Origin: Xylographa opegraphella
Lineage: Eukaryota
DNA: 64,000 nucleotides
Assembly (NCBI GenBank): GCA_022813865.1
Contig: JALDZX010000003.1
Coordinates: 1-64,000 of the forward strand
Direction of reading: 5' to 3'
The position numbers were made by a program, and so were the translations under genes. Below, piece after piece: positions 11,854-23,410 of the stretch (position 1 is its first letter; every line of letters begins with the position of its first letter). The notes under the pieces are model-generated. The model searched no databases. It saw nothing but the letters and a program-made list of their open reading frames with translations, and was not told the origin of the DNA.

Positions 11854-12924
11854 CCTCGCTACAATGGAGTCCAAGCTTGGGTCAATTCTCTGAGTCAGTC
11901 AGATGGCATGAGGGCAAGTGAGAGGTGCAATTTCGATTCTGAAGAACAGGTACTGATAGTTGTGAGCCTGGGTTGACAAGGACTTTGACACATGTGCCCC
12001 AGTGCGAAAAGGCTTATCGGAGAATTTATAGACTTGGGTGGGTAGCAGAGAGATAGCACGAATTTCGGCAACTCCGTCATCTACAGCTCACGTCCACGCT
12101 TGACAGACTTTCAGTCTTTTGTGCGAAGGTTGTGCGCGTGGCACACGATACTCAACCTCCAACATGGCTCCACCATCGCTCGGATTCAAATTACCCCATT
12201 CCTATGAGCCCTTCACTTGCACTTCCTCCCTTGATCCTCTTCTCGCTACCCAATCCCACTCTACATCCTGAGCGAAATTACCTCCACCACCCTTTTCCAG
12301 GACTTCACACAGAACCCTACCTGCCGTCCAAGTGCGTGCGTGATACTAACCGTCAATTTATCTCTCAACCAGAAACTCTCCATCGTCTCTCGTACTCAAG
12401 AACTCCGCTGTCCATTCATACCAGCGTGTCTGCCGATAGAATTCTGATGCCAAAGACCAATGTGGTTTTCAGGTCTGCCTGGTAGCCGATGAGGTAGAAC
12501 ATGGCAAGGAGCTGTGTTCGAATAATATGCGACATGGCCTTTGCGTATGGGTAGCAATTCGGGATGAGGTGCTTATGTTGAGGGAATTGGGAGATCGGCA
12601 GGGTTGTATGCTTGCGAGGAGGACGAGCGGAAGGGTGATGCGGTTACAGAAGGGGGTGTCGGTCATTGTTTGGCGTGCTTGGCCTTGTTCATAGATACTG
12701 CTCTTTAGATACGAGCAGCGAGCGAGGTACAAAGGCTGGTAGGGTTTATAGAGGAAGGTACCATAGTCGGGAATCGGAACTAGCGGTAGTTGCGTGTACG
12801 AGGCGTGATAGCCAACACGATTAGGGCTCGCCTAGTCAGGTGATGCTATACCTTGACGACATCGAAGCTGCATGAGTTGAAGAAAGTTATCCTTTTATGC
12901 TTGATGGGTATCCCCCCACCTACC

Positions 12925-14195
12925 TCACGTCTCCCCAAACACAAACACCCCCTTCCCCTTCCTATACCCCTCCAGCGTGCCCTGCACCGCATCCACGAGC
13001 GCCTCCGACCCCGTCGCCCACTCCCACGGCACCTCCACCGTCGGGATATTCCGAAACTCTCCCTCGCGGATCATATCCAGCACCTCGGCCACGACGTGCT
13101 CCTTCTCCGCCGGGTGGGCGTCGCTCCACTTGCTGACCCAGAAGCCATCGAAGACGAGGTTCTTGAAGATGAGCATGCCCGCCGGGATCTGCATCGGCTG
13201 CTTGCTCATCGCACCGTAGGTGACCAGGTGCGCGCCGGGGCTCAGCACCTTCGCCATCGCCGTCGCCGGCTTGCCACCCACGCAGTTGAGCCCCAGCCGC
13301 ACCGACTCCCGGCCGCCGTCCGTCCACTCCTTGACCCTGTCGGCGAAATCGCGCGCCCCCACTTCCGTGTCGCTGACGACTTTCGTCGCGCCCAACGCCT
13401 CCAGCTCGCGCTTGAGTGCCTCGCCCTCCTCGCCCGGCCGGTCCCTCACCACGGCGATGTTCTTGTGCCCCCACCTCTTGCCCAGCTGGATCGCCGCGCG
13501 GCCCACCCCGGAGTTGGCCCCGTTCTGCACGAACCAGTCGCCGGCGCCGGCGTCCAGGCTCACGAAGTCGGTCAGCATGCGCCACGCCGTGACGGGGTTC
13601 ACGCCCACGGTGCCCGCCTGCGCGGGCTTCAGGCCCTCTTTCTCCACCCGCAGCACTTTGCTCTCGTCGACTTGCAGGTGCGTGCGCCACGTGCCGAGGC
13701 CGGTGTGCTTGGCGATCACCCAGTCGCCTTTGCGCACCGAGGTGGCGCCCGAGCCGGCGGCGAGGACTTCGAAGCAGCCTTCGTTGCCTGGCACGGCGGA
13801 GGGGGAGGGCGTGCCGAGCAGGGAGGTGAATGGCGGGAGGGATGGGTAGGATCCCTGGATCTGGTTGATGTCGGCGGGATTGAGGGGCGCGGCGAGGGTG
13901 CGGAGGGTTAAGAGGGTCGAGTGAGGGGGCGAGAGGGAGTGGGTGTGGAGGCTAGTGGTATTGCGTTTTGGGTCAGCGGAAGGAGCTCAGCGTTGGGGAA
14001 ACCAGGTTTCTGGATTGCGTCGGCTTACGAGAGGACGTCTTTGGGCTCGCCGTATTTGGTGTAGATGAGAGATTTGGCTTGCGTGTAGCCGTACATGGAG
14101 ATGTAGCGTCGGCGGTCGAGGGTGGATTTGGAGGTCTTTCGGAAATGAGAGGTTGCGAGGCGTAGGGGAGCCGTAATAATTGACGTTCGTGACAT
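12925..14195 (-). CDS. ETR1: Mitochondrial trans-2-enoyl-thioester reductase (MDR family, mtFAS)
   Basis: Arg/Ser-rich presequence, YGEPKDVL, APLNPADINQIQGSYP, PGNEG, LGTWRTH, VNPVTAWRML, QNGANSGVG, VTYGAMSKQP. Intron 13952-14028. Confidence 0.9.
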
Positions 14196-14819
14196 GCTGC
14201 GATCGATCAATGGGTGTCAAATGTGTGAGGTTGTTGTTTCAGTGTCAACCGCAGAAATGGGCAACTTGCCGCTTAACGCCGATTGGAGGATTGATGTCAT
14301 ATCGCCTTGCGGAGCTAAGTCCGATCAGAACTCTCTAGCAAACCCTAAGGGTCTATCTATTATTCACTACCAGAAGACTGACTTAGATCGAACCTTGATC
14401 TGGTTTACCGGAATTCTTTGCCTAAGGTACGTGGTTTGTAATCTACTATCCAACAACTGCTAGTAAACTTCTGGCTATTTCTGAAAACTCCGCGCGATAT
14501 AGCCCGTAGAAGAGTCAGATATCCAGAATATTTTCCTTTAAAATCAGACTGAGATGATGCGGGTTGGAAGCTCATGGTATTTTCCAATTATACCGATAAA
14601 TGTATCTTCGCGATACATAGAATAGCTAAAAGTACCAATGCTAAATTCTGCGGTCATAATGACCTTCCCTCATGTTAAAATGGCCGAAGTGCACGGACAG
14701 CATGCAGCGTCTGGCCCGAATCGCCACCTTTTTTAAATTCTCAAGCAATCTGGTGGTGATTTGCACGCCCGATGAAATATCTGCCTCCCACTCATGCATC
14801 TCACCCCTTGCTTCCTCGC

Positions 14820-15605
14820 TCACTTAATATTTCGAAACATCTCGTCGCCATCCAGGAACCCTCCTTTTCCATAGGTACCGCCACCTAACTTCTCCAGCTC
14901 TGGCAACCTTGGCGGTGGGCTCCTCATTCTCTCTGGAATTTCAGTCGGGCTCGGCCGCATATTTTCCTGATCTTCAGGACCCTTTTGGCCTTTCGCATCC
15001 AACGCCTCTTCCTCGTACCTGGTATCCAGCATCATGCTACTTTTCCTTCGGCCCCAAAATAGGCTACTTCTCTTCTTGTTCAAACTGGGTCGAGTGGATG
15101 TTGTACTCGTGCCACTGGGCGACGCGGGTCGCGAGCTCATAGGAGTGTTGACAGCGGTGTTACTCTGGTTGTTCCAGCCACCGCTCAGTGAGCGAAGAGA
15201 AAGGAACTTCCGGACGCTGTTCGAGCGGTTGGTAGAAGTCGAATCTCGGGAGAGAGTACCGGAGGCGGCTCGAGGTTTGGAATTGATGTAGTCTATCCGC
15301 GGCAGCGCGTTAGGCGAGTTTGGTGATGCAGGCGAAGCAAGCGGAGAGTTCGGAAACGCGCCTGGTATAGACGCAGAGAGGGGAAGGGCGAAGGAGGAGG
15401 TCGAAGGGTGTTGCTGTAACGGGTTGGGGCTTTTGGGAATAGGCGCCGGTGGTTGCGGAAGCGAGGATTTCCTTGCTGGTGGTGATGGAGGTGGTGGAGG
15501 GATGTCTGTGCCAGCAGTGAGGGACTCAGAGGTTGTCGTGATTGGTGGGAGTTGAAATTTGTGCGCTGAGGTGCTTCTGGTGTATGTGGTGCTATTGGTG
15601 GCCAT
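14820..15605 (-). CDS. Ser/Pro-rich disordered fungal hypothetical protein
   Basis: Intronless 261-aa ORF with fungal-like elements (HKFQLP, LTAGTDIPPPP, VRKFLSLRSL, C-terminal GGFLDGDEMFRNIK). Confidence 0.65.
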   Translation of the reverse strand: MATNSTTYTRSTSAHKFQLPPITTTSESLTAGTDIPPPPPSPPARKSSLPQPPAPIPKSPNPLQQHPSTSSFALPLSASIPGAFPNSPLASPASPNSPNALPRIDYINSKPRAASGTLSRDSTSTNRSNSVRKFLSLRSLSGGWNNQSNTAVNTPMSSRPASPSGTSTTSTRPSLNKKRSSLFWGRRKSSMMLDTRYEEEALDAKGQKGPEDQENMRPSPTEIPERMRSPPPRLPELEKLGGGTYGKGGFLDGDEMFRNIK

Positions 15606-18605
15606 TATGCCACAAGTGGTGCCTTGGCCAGGGAACTGCTTTCAAGAGCTGGAGTCGTAGTGCACAGACGCGACACTTCTTCGGTCTGATTTCTCGTGCA
15701 TACTGAGGCGTGCAATTCAATCTGAGGTAGAAGCTTTCTACAGGCTAAATGCCCTGCATATTTTCAGGGGCGAGATGAACTTGACGACCTACAGGAAGTG
15801 TTTAGTTGGCAGGCCCCGTTAACTTTATCAATTAGGGACTGGATGCCGCTAATCATGCGAATGCTTTAGCTGGATTTGCCCCTCAAGAGTTTCACGGACG
15901 ACAGTGTTTCTTCTAGCAATGGGCACTTATTCTCGAACATGCAACTGCTTTCATGGAAATCGTCTTCATCCGCCATAACCCCCGAAAGTCAATTCACATT
16001 TAGGTGGATTATCGAAGACTCAAAACCTAAACCACAGGGGCACAACGATCCAGAAGCAATACGCTGAGGAAGCCCTTTACAGGAACATGGCCGAGAACCC
16101 CCTCCTGGATACTGACGATCATCAGTGTATCATGGAACGCCGTATACCTCTGATGCGGTGTGAAACGGAGCAATGCATTGGAACTCTCACCTTATGGCCA
16201 AACCGGCAGATGTGACATGCTACTGGTTCCGAAACTGCCCACTGAGCAATAAGTGCAATGCAGTCAGTAAGGACTGCTTTGTTTGCCTTTCTCCTCATAC
16301 GGGAGAACGCTGTGCGAAGAGTCTCTATCTATCACGCCGCTATCCTACTAGCAGAAACCAAGACCGACGGTCTTTGCCGTGATGACGTGAAATTGGGGAG
16401 AAGTACAGAGATAGGAGGGAACACATTGCAAAGGCGAGGCAGAGAACAGTAGAGTTGAGAGACCTCCAAGCGTATTTAAGATCCTCAGGCACAAGCCAAT
16501 TGAGCACTCCACCCAGAGAGGTACGTCGTTGCTCCGTATTTACAACAGCCTTCTTCATGCCCTAGTTAGTGAGGAAGCGAAAATACTATGTCATCCAAAC
16601 GAAGTTTCGCCGAAGAAATACACGACTGAAGCTACGGGTGCTGGGGCTGTTTATAAACGTACTGACCTCTGAAGGTGTTTGTTTAGGGTCCAAGAACTGT
16701 TTTGGTCTCCTCTGACACTGGAGTATCAATGACGCGAAGCAACAGGAAGATGTCTCGAAGTGTTCCACCCTATGTGCGTGATCTTGTTCGCGTTCAGTAA
16801 TACGTATGGTGGAAGACATAAATGGCCTTGAGAACAAGTCTTTCAGGGGCAGAGTTATATTTCTCATACTCCGCACACACAGCGGGGCCAGTCTACTGTT
16901 GCTGCCATATAAACCTACCTACTGCTCCCTACCATACCTACTCTACTCCTTCTCTAGGCCTTTGATCCTTTCTCACACATGGGTCAATAGTGGCCTTTGG
17001 AGTAGTGGGGCGCAACGAGCTGCAAGGAACCCTCAGCGCTCTAGCGCACTGAGTGCATCAAATCCTAGGAGTCCTGGATAGGGGTTTGCTGTTCCTTTCC
17101 ATACCTTACCTCATCCTATCAAAGACCTAGAAGTTCTAGTAATTCTTACTCACCAACGCCCTAAAGAAGCCGCGTCCCACGCTAGGACTTCTCCGGAAAA
17201 GTGCCAGGACCTAAATACCTAGGTAATTGGTGATCACTGATCAGCCCCCTGCGGGAGTGCGGACGGGACGATGCGCCTCCCGCTGGTTTCGAGCCTCGAG
17301 CTACATCCATCCGCATTTCTCTCGTCATCGGACTCGTATCTCATGACAACCATGAAGCGCGAAGTTCGGAAGTCGTTTCACCTGGGGAGTGAGTGGAGCG
17401 GTGGTCGAGGATAGCTAAGGGTAGGTTAGGTACAAGGAGTACCTAATCTTCGACGTGGCACGAGAACGACAAGTACCCCTGACAGCCGCTGTCACCCGGA
17501 TCCCACAAGCCACACGCTACCTTATCTAGGTAAGGTAGTCAGCATATGGGGTCGTCCGCTAGTTTAGTAGATCAGATCACGACCACCCGTGTATGAATCC
17601 GCGCTGGAAGATTCGGGTAGAACACGGGGAACGAGACCGCGAATGACCTTGTCTGTCAGTGAAAAAGGGCACGCGTGAAGCAGGGAAGGTTACGAAAATG
17701 TTAGAAGGGCAAAAAGTTGAACCGGTATCGGACGAAAGCACCTGCTGAATGCAGCAGTGTCGAACATGGTACGCCAGTTGCGGCGCTGATGTGCGCCACA
17801 GGGATGTCGTGCAGCGAGGAAGGAGTGACAGCAGCGAGGATTGGGACCGCCTTCGGTACAACACTACACTCACCGGGTGCCCTGGATTGAATAAAGGTTG
17901 AATATCACACCGACTTACTGTTTGTGTACGCGGGTACTTCTTGTTCCCAGCTAATTTATCCAGGAAATTCTACGGGTGAAACAGCTGGCCGATCTCCAAG
18001 CATTTGACAGGAAGCACACCGAGCTATTCTTGCACGGCATTTATTGCTCAAGGTCATGGCTGATCCCAATGCGAATGTGCAGGCCGAGGCCCACTGTGGC
18101 ACCAACCCCTGTAGCTTTTACTTCCACTGCTCTGCACAGTTCGCCGATCCTTCCGTTCTCTCCACCGACCTTTCTCAAAAGCATCAACTGCCGTGGGGCT
18201 TGCCAGTAGTAAGGTATCCTGTATATGAGGTACTGAGCAGGCCATGTTGCGGCGCGACCACGGCCTCCACCTCAATCCGGTTTGGGCTCGGAGGCTCATG
18301 TTGCAGGTTGCGCGTAGTCGATAGACCGTATCTGCGGCGCTTTCAGGAATGGCTTTGGGCAAGACCACCATGAATGAAGTCGGCGGTTAGAACGACCTTC
18401 ACGCAGCGTCCGGGGCCCCACCGCTGCATACGCCTTATCTTGCCTGAAAGTTTGGTTGGAAATGGTTTTATGCGTTTTCTCAACAATGACTGATTTCCCT
18501 TTCCATGACGCAGCCGCCCGCCCCGATAATGATTCCAAACCGCCGAATCCCCATACTGTACAGAGTCTAGATTACATCCACTGTCTTTTTCAGCATGCGC
18601 ACATG

Positions 18606-19869
18606 TTATTCCTGCATTTCTATATAGTCTCCCTTGGAAGTACCCTGTCCATACATACCGTGACCCGATGATGAAATTTGGCTGAGCAAGGCTGGCCGAT
18701 CGGACTCGGGCGAGGGATACAGGTTCTTTGATGCATAGCTCCTCTTGGAGCTATCGATTGCACCACTCCGCTTTCCTGATCCGGTGAAGGTTGAGCTGTA
18801 CGATAGAAATCTGTGTCCGAAGAATTGGAGTAGCGGACGTATAGTTGGCAAACACGCGCTGATGGTGGCAACGTTGAGTTCAAGAACACTCCAGACTGCT
18901 ACACCGTAGTAGCTCCCTGTTTCATTGGTAAGTATCGAGCTGCCCACCAGATAAACAGTCGGCCGCTGGGAGGTTCTTACAGCTTATATCACTATCATCG
19001 AGTGAAAGCAGAAAATATAGACGGACGCCGCTCACAATACAGACGCTTGACCTATTAGTAGAAGGACTTGATTCACTATCGACATGAGATACTCACAATC
19101 CACCCAATAGCAACAAACTAGAGACCAAAATCTTGTTCCTCGTGGACATCTGCAGTTTCCAGACGTTGTTCAACGGCAGCGTCAGGATGACGACGTCCAT
19201 CAAGAGATTAGGAACAGAATTTCCGATGAAAAAATTGCGGGTATTGACACACTTGGAAGAAATCGTAACGTCCCAGAAACCGTTGATCGGCTGACAGGAA
19301 AAGATAGAGACCAAAAGGATTGCGACTCCCCACAAAATAACAAATACTCCCACAATTGTGGTAATCATTGCAAACCGTCGACCCGGAAATAAGGAGCGAT
19401 AGAGAAGAAGAATGGAGATCTTGACGATGGGGAGTGTGATGCTGTAGAAAATCTCCGAGGAAAAGGTGATCTGGAGGTATCATTAGTATCAAATTCCGGG
19501 ACAGCAGTACAGACTGCCGACTTTCAAAATCCCTATTATGTTATCCAACCCTACCACTTCAACATGTTTGCCCAGCCCGTAGACCTCCACCCCTGGGATG
19601 AATCATCAGATCTGTAAGGCCGTATAGCGCACATGGTAGAGAGTGAATGGCTCACCATAGAGTACGGAGCTGGTTTCCCCCCAGCAGCCCACGAGCGCAA
19701 CAACGATCAAATAGTCGGCCACATTCCAATCCGCATGTTGGATCTTCCGCGAGATGAGGCGGGCAGCAACCACGACCGTCGTCAAGATTGCAATCGCAAT
19801 ACACGTACGAGCAATCTCTGGTCCACGATCAGCCGTCAGATCGACTCCAGGAGGAACTGTCGCAGCCAT
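18606..19869 (-). CDS. PTH11-like (rhodopsin-domain) 7-TM integral membrane protein
   Basis: Multi-exon. Motifs VAARLISR..WNVADYLI, VKISILLLYRSLF, FSCQPINGFWD...KC, DVVILTLPL..VWKLQM, WSVLELNVATISACLPTIRP. Confidence 0.85.
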
Positions 19870-20303
19870 ATCAGCAGAGCCTAAGCAGAAAGGTACGTAA
19901 AGGCTTGAATCTCACTCAGAATCGGCCACTGAGGGCGACGGATTACATTATAAAGCACTCTCCGACAAGCCGGTTAGAGTTTGAGGTGCACGCCGTACAG
20001 GTCAGGGATATCACAGACCATGATCCAAGCCAGCTGTAGAGTATGTAGGTGTGGCATGCAAGAACAGGCATTGTTTCGCAAAGGCCGGGACCTGATTACG
20101 CCGCACTCTGTGCAACCACCACGAACCCCCCCGGTTTTCACGTCACTCCCCACCTGCAGGGAAAGGGGGATGGGATTGCCCCTCTTTCCTACTCTTAACG
20201 GTTCGATATAATCACGCCGTTCTGGAAGCGGCCGCTTTCCAAAAAATACCATCCTTTACACACCGCGGATAACCAATTCCATCGATACCGAGAGAATCCC
20301 GTG

Positions 20304-21401
20304 ATGGCTAAGCGAAGAGAGACGTTCGTCACTCGACAACCTGGGAAAGCAATTTGGACACTGGCAGCATCCCTCTACACCGTTGCACAGTTACCGTTCT
20401 GGCTCGTGCTGTTCATCCCGAGCAGGTATCGTCAGCACTCGCGATGGACCTACCGCCAGGCGATCATGAACAAGCTGCTGCGGCTCTTCCTCTACCACAG
20501 CAGTTATGTGGAGGTGAAAACGCCCATCCGGCTCGAGGAAACAGGCCGGTTCATCAAGATCCGCCCTTCATCCGATCACGTCTACGATGGCCTCCTGGGG
20601 GATTTGGACGTGCAGCCGACCATCACGGGAGGGTCTTGGTACCCCAGTCCCTACAAGGAGGAAGACAGGCAGCGCGTGATCCTACATTTCCATGGAGGCG
20701 CCCTCGTCACGTTCGAGGGTCGAAGCGACGTGGACTTCGAAGCGAATCTGCTGGTCAAGAACATCGATGCAAAAGCCTTCTTCCCCTCGTACAGGCTGGC
20801 TAGCAACGCTCATTGCCACTTCCCGGCGGCCCTGCAAGACGCCGTCACCGCCTATCGGTATCTCCTCGACCAAGGCATTCCATCTAAACGCATTGTCCTA
20901 TCCGGCGACTCGGCTGGCGGAAGTCTCGTTGTCTCCTTGCTGCGGCACATCGGTAACCCCAAAACCCAACTGCCCGCCCCTTCGGCCGCATTACTCTTCA
21001 GCCCTTGGTTAGATATCAAAGCCTCCCGGGATCCAGCAAGTATCACTGGCAACAGAAATTACGCTACCGATTATCTGCCACCCAACTTCACCGGCTGGGG
21101 CGCTCAGGCATACATACCGCCACATATGGATATCAATGACCCACACTTCTCGCCGCTTGAGCATGCGTTCCACACACCAACACCTCTATGGGTCCAAGTC
21201 GGCGGTCTGGAGATCCTCTACGATGAGGGTATGAAGTTCGCGGAGGTCATGAAGGGAAAGGGCAACAGAATAGAGGTCTGCGTCGAGCCTCTGGCCAACC
21301 ATGATATACTGTTGGTGGGTAACCTATCTGGCCTCGAAGCGGAAGCGGAACATGTAGTTAAGCTTGCAGGAGACTTTCTGAAGACGGTTGGGGAGACATA
21401 G
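20304..21401 (+). CDS. Alpha/beta hydrolase fold-3 (HSL-family) esterase
   Basis: ILHFHGGA oxyanion motif, YRLA..FPAALQD, GDSAGG nucleophile elbow, FSPWLD, C-terminal HD. Intronless. Confidence 0.88.
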   Translation: MAKRRETFVTRQPGKAIWTLAASLYTVAQLPFWLVLFIPSRYRQHSRWTYRQAIMNKLLRLFLYHSSYVEVKTPIRLEETGRFIKIRPSSDHVYDGLLGDLDVQPTITGGSWYPSPYKEEDRQRVILHFHGGALVTFEGRSDVDFEANLLVKNIDAKAFFPSYRLASNAHCHFPAALQDAVTAYRYLLDQGIPSKRIVLSGDSAGGSLVVSLLRHIGNPKTQLPAPSAALLFSPWLDIKASRDPASITGNRNYATDYLPPNFTGWGAQAYIPPHMDINDPHFSPLEHAFHTPTPLWVQVGGLEILYDEGMKFAEVMKGKGNRIEVCVEPLANHDILLVGNLSGLEAEAEHVVKLAGDFLKTVGET

Positions 21402-21767
21402 CCGACACATGAAGCTTTAGCCACAGCATAAAGCATCGGGGACAGCATTATATACCTATGTAATGTAGCGCTTAATCAGTGAGGATCTCCATACTTTTGA
21501 GTGCCGGTCCAGACAAGACTATGCGCTTTACTTGCGAAAGACACTGAGCAGGTACGATACAGGAGCGTCTTGATACTTTATTCATATTCATCAAGAATAC
21601 GCATGAAAAGCAAGAACCAAAGATAGAAAATTTGAAAGGTCTAATATCTGCAAGTGGTACTCCTGACTTACACAACGCGTTACGCGTCCAAGCTGTAAAA
21701 CTTTTTATTCTAGAACTGTCCGTTCCCCAAGACGTTGGTTGAAAATCGTTCTCGTAACTGGAAGCTA

Positions 21768-22585
21768 TTGGCGTATGCAATAACCGTGCATTTCCTTGGC
21801 GCTCAACTTCCCCCCCCACCCCTCAAAAATGTAATCATGCAATAATTTTAAAATCATTTTCACGGGTTTTTCTCACTGATTATTTTTATTTAATATAATA
21901 TCTGTTGAAAGGTACGATGGGTACTGAAGCGCAGTGGTCATTCTAGCAGAATATATGGGTAAACAAGTGTGTTGTATTAGCTATGAACAACTACGAGACT
22001 ATATGCTCGCGCACTAGCGTCACCGGGCCTACGGCGGCCCGAGCTCTCGCTATCCTGCAGGCAGGCCGGGACTCTATTTCTAACAATATTCTTATTACTC
22101 GTGTAGGCTTCGCAGGCCCCGCAGCCCCCGCGGGCCCCGCAGTCCCTATAGCCCCCGTTGCCCTCGCTGCCCTCGCTGGCCCCGCTGTTTTTATAGTTTT
22201 CGCAGGCTATAGGGGTAGTAAGGGCTGTAAGAATACTGAGGGCTACGACGAAAGCTACGAAAGTAGCGGGGGCAGCGAGGCCAGCGAGGCCAGCGGAGGC
22301 TGCGAGGCCAGTGGGGGCTGCGAGGGGCAGCGAGGGCTATAGAAGTAGCGAGGGCAGCGAGGGCAGCGAGGGCAGCGAGGGCAGCGAGGCTGCGGGGGCT
22401 GCGGGGGCTACGGGGGCTGCGGGGGCTGTAAAATCTATATAGATAATAAGAATATTATATTAAATAAAAATAGTTAGTGAGAAAAACCCGTGAAAATGAT
22501 TTTAAAATTATTGCATGATTACATTTTTGAGGGGTGGGGGAGGAAGTTGAGCGCCAAGGAAATGCACGGTTATTGCATACGCCAA
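21768..22585. mobile_element. Non-autonomous Tc1/mariner-type fold-back element (MITE), 818 bp, TA target-site duplication
   Basis: About 134-bp near-perfect terminal inverted repeats (ttggcgtatgcaataaccgtgcatttccttggcgctcaac... at 21768-21901, reverse complement at 22452-22585), flanked by TA at 21766-67 and 22586-87. No transposase ORF. Confidence 0.9.
22255..22430. repeat. 9-bp GC-rich minisatellite inside the MITE
   Basis: Runs of (gcagcgagg)n and (gctgcgggg)n, with inverted copies (ccctcgctg, cccccgcag) at about 22110-22186. Confidence 0.85.
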
Positions 22586-22954
22586 TACCACAGTAAGGTA
22601 GACACTAGACACTAGTCACTCGGCTACCTTCGCCGAGGCTCTTTTGAGTCTTGGCATTGTCTCCGCAGAAAGCGGACTCCTCGTCCCAGACTTCCACATT
22701 GCCTATAAAACGATAGTCCGGGCCAGCGCGAGGTCTCGGTTGAGATACATTCCGGCTGCTTGAATCCCTCCCGCCCGAGACTGAAGAATATATCGTGCTC
22801 TCCCTGCACGATATAGCGAGCGAGTTGCCATTCCCAGCGCCGCCTTGAAGAACCAGACTGGGACGGAAACCCATACGGTATAACATCTGAAGTCCCATCG
22901 TCTAGGTATTTATCGTTCGGGCACCCTCAGCCATCGACCTTACTCCACCCGACC

Positions 22955-23410
22955 ATGCCCACCAACTACTCCATCTACGCCATCCCCGCCTTCTGGCTCC
23001 TCTCCCTCCTGCCCCACAACTACGCCGTCTACACCATCACGGCCGCCAACAACGGCAAATGGGACAACGCCAACCCGCGCTCCTCGGCCTGGGACAAGCA
23101 GCTCCAGGCCACCGTGCCGGCGGCGTGCTACGAGCGCTACGAGCGCGCCGAAGCCGCGCACAAGAACGGCATGGAGAACCTCGCGCTCTTCGCGACCGCG
23201 ATCGTGCTGGGCAACATGGCGGCCCTCGATGTCGGCAAGCTGAATTCGGTGGCCGCGGAGGTGCTGGCGTTGAGGGCGCTGTATAATGTCGTGTATGTGA
23301 CGGTGGGGGATGCGCGGATGAGTTTTGCGCGCACGGCCATCTGGGCCGTGAGTGTGGGCTGCTGCTTTTATTTGATTGTGCAGGCGGGGCATGTACTGGC
23401 TGTCCGGTAA
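22955..23410 (+). CDS. MAPEG-family membrane protein
   Basis: NYSIYAIPA, WDNANPR, RAEAAHKNGMENLALFATA, RALYNVVY, RTAIW. Intronless, 151 aa. Confidence 0.85.
   Translation: MPTNYSIYAIPAFWLLSLLPHNYAVYTITAANNGKWDNANPRSSAWDKQLQATVPAACYERYERAEAAHKNGMENLALFATAIVLGNMAALDVGKLNSVAAEVLALRALYNVVYVTVGDARMSFARTAIWAVSVGCCFYLIVQAGHVLAVR

Noticed and set aside
12410..12670. Possible small minus-strand gene with an upstream TATA-like element
   Set aside because: The frames are short and discontinuous, and I recognise no family.
12853..13911. 352-aa plus-strand ORF and other long overlapping ORFs
   Set aside because: Antisense shadows of the GC-rich ETR1 coding sequence. The same applies to the ORFs opposite NHP2, MAPEG, SEC4 and AFG2.
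15600..18600. Telomerase RNA, tRNA or other ncRNA in the long intergenic gap
   Set aside because: By eye I found no TAACCCTAA template, cloverleaf or A/B boxes. An Infernal/Rfam scan would be needed to exclude an ncRNA.
21983..22342. 119-aa ORF inside the MITE as a transposase or real gene
   Set aside because: It is a translation of 9-bp minisatellite units with no DDE or HTH motifs.
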